From contig JBBRNY010000003.1 of assembly GCA_038229915.1 (NCBI GenBank), positions 1 to 60,569 of the forward strand: a stretch of 60,569 bases of DNA. The letters run 5' to 3'. Both the position numbers and the translations under genes were made by a program. Numbering within the stretch: the stretch's first letter is position 1; every line of letters begins with the position of its first letter. The notes under the pieces were generated by a model. It did not search any database. It saw nothing but the letters and a program-made list of their open reading frames with translations, and was not told where the DNA came from. The DNA comes from Candidatus Kapaibacterium sp. Lineage in GTDB: Bacteria; Bacteroidota; Ignavibacteria; Palsa-1295. Below, in pieces: positions 43,886-52,958 of the stretch.

Positions 43886-44890
43886 TTACCCCTGCACCGC
43901 CGTTACTGCGATCATTGCTACGATGTCATCAATATTTGCACCGCGGCTGAGGTCGTTCATTGGTTTTGCTAAGCCTTGGAGGATCGGTCCGATGGCTTGC
44001 CCCATTCCGAGGCGTTCGGCCATTTTATAGCCGATGTTACCGCTGTCGAGATTCGGAAAAATAAAAACGTTTGCATTGCCTTCGACCGGGCTACCGCTTG
44101 CTTTTCTTGCGGCGACCGATGGCACGAACGCCGCGTCGAATTGTAACTCGCCGTCGATGATAAGATCATATTCGCGTTCACGTACGATCTCGGTTGCAAG
44201 CGTAACACGTTTGGTCGAGTCGGTCGAGGCACTACCTTTGGTCGAGAACGATAGCATCGCAACACGAGGGATATTGCCCGTGAGTTGTTTATAGGTCTGT
44301 GCCGTCGAGATCGCAATATCAGCAAGCTGATGTGCATCAGGTTCGGGAATAACGGCGCAATCAGCAAATGCAAATGTCATCGGCTCTTTGCGAAACTCCC
44401 CCAAACTTGGGAAATCGAGCAAGAACATACTCGAAAGCGACCGAACACTTTGCGCAAGCCCAATGCCGTGAAGCGCGGCGCGAATAACCGATGCTGTGGT
44501 CGAAAGCGAACCTGCCACTATCCCATCGAAGAGGCCGCTATGGACAAGCAATGCGCCGAAGAGCAGAGGATCGTTATGCACTTCACTACGGGCGGAGTCA
44601 GGATCAGAAATTTTTGATTTACGGCTCTCGTAATATTGCGAAACAAGAACATCGGTCTCGGCAAAAGTCTCAGCCGACCAGATGGGTATATCAAGAAGCG
44701 ATGGCGCAACACGAGAAATTTGTTCTTTGATGGCTTCGGGGTCACCGACAAATTCGACACGCGCAATTTTGTGTGCGATCACCATTTCAGCCGCGTGAAG
44801 GATGCGCTCATCGGTTGCATCACCGAGCAGAATTTTTTTATTGAGCGCTCGTGCTCGCGCGCCAATTTTCTCGATCGAAAGTGTTGACAT
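43886..44890 (-). CDS. pta: Phosphate acetyltransferase (short form)
   Basis: 334 aa. ILLGDATDERILHAA N-terminus, FADCAVIPEP, GNANVFIFPNLDSGNIGYK and DLSRGANIDDIV. Confidence 0.8.
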   Translation of the reverse strand: MSTLSIEKIGARARALNKKILLGDATDERILHAAEMVIAHKIARVEFVGDPEAIKEQISRVAPSLLDIPIWSAETFAETDVLVSQYYESRKSKISDPDSARSEVHNDPLLFGALLVHSGLFDGIVAGSLSTTASVIRAALHGIGLAQSVRSLSSMFLLDFPSLGEFRKEPMTFAFADCAVIPEPDAHQLADIAISTAQTYKQLTGNIPRVAMLSFSTKGSASTDSTKRVTLATEIVREREYDLIIDGELQFDAAFVPSVAARKASGSPVEGNANVFIFPNLDSGNIGYKMAERLGMGQAIGPILQGLAKPMNDLSRGANIDDIVAMIAVTAVQG

Positions 44891-44898
44891 AAAAAAGT

Positions 44899-47025
44899 TT
44901 ATTTATACAAGATAACGTTTTCGATCTGATCGTCGAGTTGTGTCTTATCGATCTGCTCATTACTCTTCACGGTTTTGCCCCAGATCGTATAACGAGTATT
45001 GAGGTGCGGCGTTGGGCAATGGGTAATAAACCATTGCGAGCCTTCGGTATCTTTGCCCGATGATGCCATACCAACAATACCTTCGGTGTCATATTGTGCG
45101 GGGCTGATCTCGGTCCGGATAATATAACCCGGTCCGCCATATCCCGAGCCGGTGTTGTCGCCAGTCTGTATCACAAAATTCGGGACAACACGGTGGACAT
45201 AGCAATTTGCAAAGAAATTTATTTTTGCAAGTTTGAGAATATTTAGCACTGATAACGGCGCATCATACGAAAGCAATTTAATATAATAGAAGCCATACTT
45301 CGTCGGCACGAGTAATGTGTCGGGTGCGGTCTCGAGCATTTTCCAATCGATCGGTTCGTGCTTGTACACGACCGTAAGTTTCTTTTCATCCTTCACGCCG
45401 AGACTATCGAGCGTTTTGAATGCTTCGGTTGCGAGTTGGGTGTTGCCGTACTCGGTTGCGGCTTTTTTGTAGATCGCTTTGATCTTCTCACGAAACTCAG
45501 CTTGCGTAGGCTTCAGTGTTTGGATAGTGCCGAGAACGGAGACCATTTGGTCGGCATAGCGGGCGGTGTTATATTTATCGAGATAGCGAAGTAAATATTC
45601 TTCTGCCTCGGTTTTGAATGAATCAACCGCAACTCCGGGTTCTTGCAAAAGTTCGAGCGTCAGCCCGACGACTTGAATCAGATCGGTTTGATCGGCGGTG
45701 CGAATAAGTATATGGCGATACGCCGAAGCGAAATGAAATTTTTCGAGCGCATTGCGATAATTACTATCAGTTTGTGTCAACTTCCATTGTCCATGCAAAC
45801 CTTCGAGTGCAAAAAGCGTCTGGGTCGAGACAGCTTGAAAGTATCGGCGCAAGAGTGTGATCATCGCAGTCGTATCGCGATAATTGCCGAGTGCCTGGCA
45901 GGTATAAATATCAACGGCGCGATCACGATTTGAAAAATATTCGGCGATGTCATTTGATGAAAGTGCATCATTACCGAAACGGGCAACCGGTATCATCGTC
46001 GAAGCACGAACGGCGATCGGATAGGCATCGTACTGATTTCCTTGAGGATTGAACCCCGCAAGCCAATCGCGTACCGTCACAGAATCTGCCGAAGATACTT
46101 TTCCCTGCGCGAGCATATTATCAACCATCGTAAGTGCGGCAAGAGCTGGATGAATGGTGCGGACATCTTCGGTCGTTGATTCGAGCACGGCTTTCTTGAC
46201 CGACTCAAAAATAGTTGAGGAAAAATAGGGGAGCTTGGTGATCGCGTTAAATAAATTTACCCGAACGCGCCACTCGAGTTCGCTTTTGATAGCACCGATC
46301 AGCAAACGCCCGGCTTCGATGTCGTGAATTTGGCCGAGTGCGGTCGCGGCAAACATTCGTGATTCGGGGGAGCCTTGATCGCTCAAGAATTCTTTGATAA
46401 CATCGAGATGCCGCGAGAGCAGTGCCGAGTCGGCGGTGCGCGATAGCCCATAGACGGCATGCCAACGGACGATAGGGTCAGGGTTTGCCTCAAGTTGTTT
46501 TGCGATGTTAATGAGATCGTCATTCAATAATTTGCGAAGCCCGAGTTCGGTCAGAGCATACGCAACAGGTTTGGGATACGCTACTGCTGACTTCGTGAGG
46601 TAGTCGGTGCAAACAGTGACCTCACTTTTCGGTGTGCATCTTGCAAGAGCAATGAAGTGCTCTTGATTCGGAAAAATATCCGTTGCATCGGCTACGGCTT
46701 TGTAGCTTTTTGTATTGGCTCCGAGCACACCAAGCGAAAAGACGATGGCGTCGGAGACCGGCTCGCGCTTTTCGCTGGCGAGCCGTTTGATTAAGAGTGG
46801 TCGTGCGGCACTATCGCCAATGTTGCCGAGCGCAACAGCGGCGCGCCAAGCGATCTTCTCGTTCGGCGACGAAATATATTTCGCGATCTCATCAATGCCG
46901 GTGCGCTTGTCTTGCAGTTCGATGATCGTTTTTTCTTCTTTCGAGAACTTCACACCTTGGGCTGAGAGCGGGAGGCTATATCCGATGCAAAGAATGAAGA
47001 ATAAAATTTGTAGTTGTTTGTTCAT
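44899..47025 (-). CDS. Secreted HEAT/ARM-repeat protein fused to a C-terminal cyclophilin-type peptidyl-prolyl isomerase
   Basis: Signal peptide. Repeated helical AVALGNIGD / ATALGQI motifs. C-terminal HRVVPNFVIQTGDNTGSGYGGPGY...GMASSGKDTEGSQWFIT. Confidence 0.8.
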   Translation of the reverse strand: MNKQLQILFFILCIGYSLPLSAQGVKFSKEEKTIIELQDKRTGIDEIAKYISSPNEKIAWRAAVALGNIGDSAARPLLIKRLASEKREPVSDAIVFSLGVLGANTKSYKAVADATDIFPNQEHFIALARCTPKSEVTVCTDYLTKSAVAYPKPVAYALTELGLRKLLNDDLINIAKQLEANPDPIVRWHAVYGLSRTADSALLSRHLDVIKEFLSDQGSPESRMFAATALGQIHDIEAGRLLIGAIKSELEWRVRVNLFNAITKLPYFSSTIFESVKKAVLESTTEDVRTIHPALAALTMVDNMLAQGKVSSADSVTVRDWLAGFNPQGNQYDAYPIAVRASTMIPVARFGNDALSSNDIAEYFSNRDRAVDIYTCQALGNYRDTTAMITLLRRYFQAVSTQTLFALEGLHGQWKLTQTDSNYRNALEKFHFASAYRHILIRTADQTDLIQVVGLTLELLQEPGVAVDSFKTEAEEYLLRYLDKYNTARYADQMVSVLGTIQTLKPTQAEFREKIKAIYKKAATEYGNTQLATEAFKTLDSLGVKDEKKLTVVYKHEPIDWKMLETAPDTLLVPTKYGFYYIKLLSYDAPLSVLNILKLAKINFFANCYVHRVVPNFVIQTGDNTGSGYGGPGYIIRTEISPAQYDTEGIVGMASSGKDTEGSQWFITHCPTPHLNTRYTIWGKTVKSNEQIDKTQLDDQIENVILYK

Positions 47026-47250
47026 AAAACTGTGCTTATAATACTGTTATAATTATTTTCTTTTTTGAGCCGACTCAAGTCGGCTCTACTGTTGTTTTTT
47101 TTGATGATGCCGTAGTTCATCCTTACAATAACACGCAGAGAATGTACTTTTGTATCTCCCTTAGCAACATTTTTTTCAAAATAGTTGATATTCTTTTCAA
47201 AAAAGTGTTATTTCGGACGTTCGCATCATTTATTCTATCGTTGAAATCTT

Positions 47251-48303
47251 ATGCGCGTAGCACTACTGGCAAACATCAAACCTGAAGGTCTTGACATCTG
47301 GAACAGAACTCCGGACGGCAAAGACGACGACACATTTGCCGAATGGGATACGTTCGAAACCATTGATGCTGTTCGCGCGGCGCTCGAGTCGCACCCCGAT
47401 GTTGAGTGTGAGATCGTCGAGGCTTTACCCGAAAAAGCATTGCCACGATTGATGGTACGTGCTTATGACATCGTCTTTAATCTTGCCGAAGGTCTGCGCG
47501 GCGCCGACCGCGAGGCGCAATTCCCGGCGGTGCTCGAAATGCTCGGCATTCCCTATACGGGCTCTGGTCCGTTCACTCTTGCGGCGGCACTTGACAAAGC
47601 ACGCACCAAAGAAATTCTTGCTTATCACGGTGTGCCGGTCGGGAGATTCGCCACGACAACCGATGCAACTACCTCATTAGAAAAACTACTACCCGGGCTT
47701 GAGTATCCTGTGGTCGTGAAGCCGACATCGGAAGGCTCGTCGAAAGGCGTAAAGAATTCTTCGTTTGTAAAAAATGATCAGGAGCTTCGCGCCGAGATAG
47801 CTCGTATTATAAAAGAATACGGGCAACGTGCTATCGTCGAAGAATTTTTATCGGGGAAAGAATTTACGGTTGCTGTGCTGGGCAATGGTGCGGAGGCGCG
47901 AGTACTGCCGATAGTCGAGATCAAACTTGGCGAACTTCCGCCCGAAGCAAACGGTATTTATTCGTATGAAGCGAAGTGGGTCTATGATACGACCGAGCAT
48001 CCGCTCGATATTTTTTCGTGTCCTGCCGATCTGCCCGATGAAGTAACCAAAGATATTTCCGAGACCGTGCTTGCCGGATATAATGCGCTCGGCTGTCGCG
48101 ATTGGTCGCGTATTGATGTTCGTCTTGATAGCAACGGCAAAGCAAACATCATCGAGATCAACCCGCTCCCAGGTATTCTTCCAAACCCCGAAGACAACTC
48201 CTGCTTCCCCAAAGCCGCAAGAACCGCGGGAATGAATTACAACCAAACAATGCTCGCCGTTTTGAGGGCTGGGTGTGGGAGGTATGGGATTGAGTTATTG
48301 TAA
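47251..48303 (+). CDS. ATP-grasp ligase, D-alanine--D-alanine ligase family (paralog 1)
   Basis: MRVALLAN, LEMLGIPYTGSG, YPVVVKPTSEGSSKGV, AIVEEFLSGKEFTVAVLG and IIEINPLPG. Confidence 0.8.
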   Translation: MRVALLANIKPEGLDIWNRTPDGKDDDTFAEWDTFETIDAVRAALESHPDVECEIVEALPEKALPRLMVRAYDIVFNLAEGLRGADREAQFPAVLEMLGIPYTGSGPFTLAAALDKARTKEILAYHGVPVGRFATTTDATTSLEKLLPGLEYPVVVKPTSEGSSKGVKNSSFVKNDQELRAEIARIIKEYGQRAIVEEFLSGKEFTVAVLGNGAEARVLPIVEIKLGELPPEANGIYSYEAKWVYDTTEHPLDIFSCPADLPDEVTKDISETVLAGYNALGCRDWSRIDVRLDSNGKANIIEINPLPGILPNPEDNSCFPKAARTAGMNYNQTMLAVLRAGCGRYGIELL

Positions 48304-49456
48304 ATTTTTCTTAACACTCACGTTTATATTGTTACACGGGTTGTCCTGTCTAACTGGCTATGCATTTGACTTGAAAGCAGGGAAATTAATCCCGAAACAA
48401 CCGATAACTCTCTACCCATTTGATTACAATTACACAGATAGTCTCAAAGGCACAACCTTGAAGCTTGTTGATGCAGTCAAGTATCATGGTGCGTTGCGGA
48501 AGCAGTTTCCTAACGAAAACGTACAGAAGTATATTGACAAGGAAATGACTGTACTATCTATAAAAAAGAAAAAAGACACGAAGGGGGACATATACTTCCT
48601 TACGACATTGAGGATGAACGATAGTAAAGAAAAATTGCAATTGAGAATTCATGAAGATGATTTCTACTGTTTTTTCTATTCCATAACTGATCTCAGTAGA
48701 GTGAAAAAAAAGTGGATTGGGAAAAAGTTATGGACAAACGGAACATATACAAGTTTTTTAAAATCAGATGAGAAAAACATAAACTATATGTTTACGCCTT
48801 TCACTGTTTCTGACATTGCTTTTTCAGAACGTGATCTTCCAACAACAATACAATATGTTTTTATAGGGACGACAGCGGAAGGTGACACCATAAAAATAAA
48901 TTGTTCTCCCTATAAAATTGGTGACCCTGGGATTGGTATTGATTTTGCCTTCGGATTAAACCTGCTCGAGAAAGAGCCAAATGATATTTGGAATACATCG
49001 CCACAAAACATAGATGACTTTCTCGGATTTAACTTGACACTTGGTATGCAAGATGTGATGAAAGCTATTCAAGAAAAAGGGCTGCAACCAAGAGATGTGG
49101 CAATAATGGATTCTATAAGTAAAAATGAATTTAAATTTGGGCTATTTGCTGTCGATAGCTTTAAAATCGCAGGAATCGGTACATTCAATTCGAATTTTTA
49201 TTTTTATGATAGTAAATTTGATTTTATACACATCAATATCGGTTCAGAATTTAAGGGGACTGAGTATAACGATCTCCTTAGAAAATTAACTACACAGTTC
49301 GGGGAAGTTACAGACCACTATACTTTGAATGATCCGTTTTCTCAGAAACAGACGCGGATGGATGTGTGGGCTTTCTACTCCCCGGGGCAGATCCGAACGA
49401 AATCAATCCTTTTGCAAAAAATTAACGGACATATTCGATTGATTATACACGGATAA
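48284..49456 (+). CDS. Hypothetical secreted or lipoprotein, AT-rich insert between the two ATP-grasp genes
   Basis: ATG 48284 gives MGLSYCKFFLTLTFILLHGLSCLTGYA. Its start overlaps the 3' end of the upstream gene. No recognisable family. Confidence 0.55.
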   Translation: MGLSYCKFFLTLTFILLHGLSCLTGYAFDLKAGKLIPKQPITLYPFDYNYTDSLKGTTLKLVDAVKYHGALRKQFPNENVQKYIDKEMTVLSIKKKKDTKGDIYFLTTLRMNDSKEKLQLRIHEDDFYCFFYSITDLSRVKKKWIGKKLWTNGTYTSFLKSDEKNINYMFTPFTVSDIAFSERDLPTTIQYVFIGTTAEGDTIKINCSPYKIGDPGIGIDFAFGLNLLEKEPNDIWNTSPQNIDDFLGFNLTLGMQDVMKAIQEKGLQPRDVAIMDSISKNEFKFGLFAVDSFKIAGIGTFNSNFYFYDSKFDFIHINIGSEFKGTEYNDLLRKLTTQFGEVTDHYTLNDPFSQKQTRMDVWAFYSPGQIRTKSILLQKINGHIRLIIHG

Positions 49457-49533
49457 TTATATTCTTTAACCAAATTCGCTCTTTTGGTGCTTCTTGGCAT
49501 TTCTCCTGAAAAAGATTTGTTAGAAGGCGCGCT

Positions 49534-50592
49534 ATGCGAATTGCACTTATATATAACGAGCCGAAGCACACCGAGCCTGATGACCATTGGTTGTCGAAAT
49601 CGGGTACGGAGCTGTCGCAGACATTCCGCGACGCTTCGGAGTTTGGCGTGCTTGAGGAGATCGAACATATTGCCGCCGCGCTTCGCGAGGGCAGTCATAC
49701 GGTCACGATCTTTTCGGTAGATGATGATGTCGAGCGTCTGGTGAGTTTTCTTGAGAACGACCGCCCCGAGGCGATCTTTAATTTATGCGAGTCGGTGCTT
49801 GGTCGTGCCGATCTCGAAATGTGTATCGCCGGTGTGTTCGATCTTTTTGGTATTCCGTTTACCGGTGCGGGCACGATGGGTCTTGGTATTGCGCTCAACA
49901 AAGCGATCTCGAAAGCGATCTTCGCCGCGAATCATATCCCGACTCCGGCATTCGAAGCTTATGAAGTAGGCGAAACGCCGACTGATGATATTTCGCTGAA
50001 CTATCCGCTGATCGTAAAGCCGCTTCGCGAAGATGCGAGTATTGGTATTGATAATAATTCGATCGTCAGCAATTTTGCCGCATTGTGCGAACGCGTCGAG
50101 TTCGTGCATCTCGAATTCAAACAGCCGGCACTTGTTGAAGAATTTATTGATGGCAGAGAGTTGAATGTTGCCGTGATTGCAACCGACGACGGAAGTTTTA
50201 AGACATTGCCGATCTCTGAGATCACGTTTGATGCGTTGCCGCCCGGCAATCCGCGTATCGTGAGTTACGAAGCGAAGTGGGTCGAGGAATCACCGCTCTA
50301 CAAAACGACCGTCCCGAAATGTCCGGCTGTGCTTGATGAAGAAATTGCGATTCGTGCAAGAGCCATCGCGCTCAAAGCAGCGAACACTGTCGGTCTGCGC
50401 GACTATGGTCGCATCGATATGCGCCTTCGCGATGACGGCGCACTCTTCGTGCTCGAAGCCAACCCCAACCCCGACATCTCGCAAGACGCCGGCTTTATGC
50501 GCGCCTGCTTTACCAGCGGGCTAACGCATTCGCAAGCTATCAATCTCATAGCCTCGCAAGCCCAGAAGAGAATTTTACCCACCAAGAAATAA
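49534..50592 (+). CDS. ATP-grasp ligase, D-alanine--D-alanine ligase family (paralog 2)
   Basis: MRIALIYN, FDLFGIPFTGAG, YPLIVKPLREDASIGI, ALVEEFIDGRELNVAVI and VLEANPNPD. Confidence 0.8.
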   Translation: MRIALIYNEPKHTEPDDHWLSKSGTELSQTFRDASEFGVLEEIEHIAAALREGSHTVTIFSVDDDVERLVSFLENDRPEAIFNLCESVLGRADLEMCIAGVFDLFGIPFTGAGTMGLGIALNKAISKAIFAANHIPTPAFEAYEVGETPTDDISLNYPLIVKPLREDASIGIDNNSIVSNFAALCERVEFVHLEFKQPALVEEFIDGRELNVAVIATDDGSFKTLPISEITFDALPPGNPRIVSYEAKWVEESPLYKTTVPKCPAVLDEEIAIRARAIALKAANTVGLRDYGRIDMRLRDDGALFVLEANPNPDISQDAGFMRACFTSGLTHSQAINLIASQAQKRILPTKK

Positions 50593-50750
50593 TTTGTAAC
50601 GTTTGTTTGCCGTTTGTCTTCCAATGCAATTATTCTTTTAAATTTATTCAGATCAGAAAATAATTTTGCTTTTTGTTTACACTTATCAACAGAAAAATTG
50701 TAAATAAAAAGTTTTTTCATTTTAAATTTGGAAAATTGATTTTAATTTCG

Positions 50751-50758
50751 TATTTTTG
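50751..50758 (+). promoter_or_regulatory. TAnnTTTG-type -7 promoter motif (TATTTTTG) upstream of the GNAT gene
   Basis: TCGTATTTTTGTT lies in a 224-nt AT-rich gap, about 60 nt upstream of the start at 50817/50820. Confidence 0.35.
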
Positions 50759-50816
50759 TTGATAGATGAAGAACAATTCACGAATTATTCTTTGTGTAAT
50801 TGTCTTTTAAACTATT

Positions 50817-51335
50817 GTGATGCACTTTGCATCGAATAGTACAGCGAAAGAACGAATGACGAGAACAGTTGAACAACGTGATCGTAGTGAGATTATTCAG
50901 ATCGTTCGAGCCACCGGTAACTTCAACGAAGAAGAGATCGCGATCGCTGCTGAGCTCATTGACATCTACTTGAACCAACCCGAGCAACGCGACTACTACG
51001 CATTCGTCGAAGACGATGGCGGTAAGGTCGCCGGATTTTTGATCGTAGGACCAACGCCTGCAACGACCGGTACATTTGATATGTATTGGATCGCTTCGCA
51101 TCCGGACTTTTACGGTAAAGGAATTTCGCAAACGCTCGATCGGTTCGCCGAAACATTTGTGAGAGAACGCGGAGGATATTTGCTGATCGCCGAAACGAGC
51201 AGTCAACCATCTTACGAACGTACCCGAGCATTCTATAAGAAGCAAGGTTACGCCGTCGTCTCGCAGATCACCGATTATTACAAACCCGGTGACGACTTAG
51301 TCGTCTTTGGCAAACGAGTAGATACTTTATTATAG
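50817..51335 (+). CDS. GNAT-family N-acetyltransferase (small, 172 aa)
   Basis: VAGFLIVGP...YWIASHPDFYGKGISQTL...RAFYKKQGY is a typical GNAT core. Start ambiguous (GTG 50817, ATG 50820 or ATG 50856). Confidence 0.8.
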   Translation: MMHFASNSTAKERMTRTVEQRDRSEIIQIVRATGNFNEEEIAIAAELIDIYLNQPEQRDYYAFVEDDGGKVAGFLIVGPTPATTGTFDMYWIASHPDFYGKGISQTLDRFAETFVRERGGYLLIAETSSQPSYERTRAFYKKQGYAVVSQITDYYKPGDDLVVFGKRVDTLL

Positions 51336-51447
51336 TATGAAGTGTGAACGCAGATTGTGGGTAAGTCCATAATTGTTCATTCACCTTCATAAATCACCAG
51401 CCGTGTCTTCCGAGATGTCGGGGGCAATGGCAAAATAGAAAGCATAT

Positions 51448-52584
51448 ATGGAATATTGGCAGCAGCTGTTGCGTGACAGCATTGAAACAAAAGAACAGTT
51501 GGTCGAGCGTTTTGGTGTGAAAGCCGAAGTAGCCGATGAACTCAATCAGTTCTTCCAGACACGCATTAACCCTTACTATCTCTCGCTCATTCGCTATAAA
51601 GGCGATCCGATCTGGCTCCAAGCAGTGCCCGACGAACTCGAGCTATCCGATATTGATGCACCCGACGATCCGTTGAATGAAGACGCGATGAGTCCGGTAC
51701 CATCAATAACACATCGTTATCCCGACCGAGTATTGTTTCTCGTGACAAGCCAGTGCTCGATGTACTGCCGTTTTTGTACGCGCAAACGCAAAGTAGGTGA
51801 TTCGTCGAAGATCTCGATGAAGTACATCCAAGAAGGGTTAGACTATATAGCTGCGCATCCTGAAGTTCGCGACGTTATCCTTTCCGGAGGCGATCCGCTG
51901 ACTCTTACTGATTTTATGCTCGAGAAGGTCTTAAAGGGTCTTCGCGAGATCCCGCACGTCGAGATCATCCGTCTCGGCACTAAGATTCCGTGCGTTCTGC
52001 CTCAGCGCGTGACGCCGAAATTGTGTGAGATGATCAAAAAGTATCATCCTATCTACGTAAACACCCATTTTAACCATCCGTGGGAATGTACCCCCGAGGC
52101 AAAACAGGCTTGCGAGATGCTCGCAGATGCCGGTTGCCCGGTCGGAAACCAGATGGTATTAATGAAGGGCGTGAATGACGACGCTATGGTCGTGAAGGAA
52201 TTGATGCAGAAATTGCTCGCAATGCGAGTTCGTCCCTACTATATATATCAAGCTGATATTACTAAGGGCGCGAACCACTTCCGTACCCCTGTTCGGGTCG
52301 GCTTGGAGATCATGGACAAGCTTCGCGGCTGGACCAGCGGCTTGGCAATTCCACACTATGTAATAGATGCCCCCGGTGGCGGCGGCAAGATACCGATCTT
52401 GCCAAATTACGTCGTTAGCCATGACGAAAATACGTGGGTGCTTCGTAATTATAAGTATGACATCTATACATACCCGGATGTCGTCGAGGAGAAACCATCA
52501 CTTCCGGCAAAACGCAAGCCAATTCGTTCGCCAAGAAAGAAGAAGGTTTTTGCTGAAAAAGTATCACGAGATGAGGGAAAATAG
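51448..52584 (+). CDS. kamA: Lysine 2,3-aminomutase (KamA-family radical SAM / PLP enzyme)
   Basis: CSMYCRFCTRK radical-SAM motif, INPYYLSLI, THRYPDRVLFL, RPYYIYQADIT and VIDAPGGGGK (PLP lysine). Confidence 0.9.
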   Translation: MEYWQQLLRDSIETKEQLVERFGVKAEVADELNQFFQTRINPYYLSLIRYKGDPIWLQAVPDELELSDIDAPDDPLNEDAMSPVPSITHRYPDRVLFLVTSQCSMYCRFCTRKRKVGDSSKISMKYIQEGLDYIAAHPEVRDVILSGGDPLTLTDFMLEKVLKGLREIPHVEIIRLGTKIPCVLPQRVTPKLCEMIKKYHPIYVNTHFNHPWECTPEAKQACEMLADAGCPVGNQMVLMKGVNDDAMVVKELMQKLLAMRVRPYYIYQADITKGANHFRTPVRVGLEIMDKLRGWTSGLAIPHYVIDAPGGGGKIPILPNYVVSHDENTWVLRNYKYDIYTYPDVVEEKPSLPAKRKPIRSPRKKKVFAEKVSRDEGK

Positions 52585-52646
52585 GCCGTCTTTTTATCGA
52601 GAAATATGGCTGTAAGTGTAACAATAGTATTCAATACCAACCAAAG

Positions 52647-52675
52647 CGACTCCCACCCCGGAGTCGTTTTTTTTT
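52647..52675 (+). terminator. Rho-independent terminator after kamA
   Basis: CGACTCC-(loop)-GGAGTCG followed by a run of 9 T. Confidence 0.8.
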
Positions 52676-52958
52676 GATTATCTCCCAAGACTAAAAAAAT
52701 AATTAATTCTGAGTAAAGTATTGATTTGCAATCACTTATAGAAATTCTCTCTTTATGTGAGTATTATTTTTTAGACTTTTTCTTGGAAATTTAAAAGTAT
52801 TGTAGTATATTTACACAACTTAATACCCCCATTGGGGGGAAGCCGTGTGTTTTCGATGCCAAAATTATTTATTTTGGCGATGACCATGTGGCGAGCAAAA
52901 TTTTTTTTGAAAAACAAGTCGCATTTACACTAACTTCTTAATAATAGAGGCAATATCT

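Noticed and set aside
50778-51245. 155-aa minus-strand ORF antisense to the GNAT gene.
   Set aside because: The plus-strand frame has the canonical GNAT core motifs, and the antisense product has no features.
51336-51447. Looked for a lysine riboswitch (L-box) upstream of kamA.
   Set aside because: The spacer is only 112 nt, shorter than an L-box aptamer plus expression platform, and I could not see the conserved helices.
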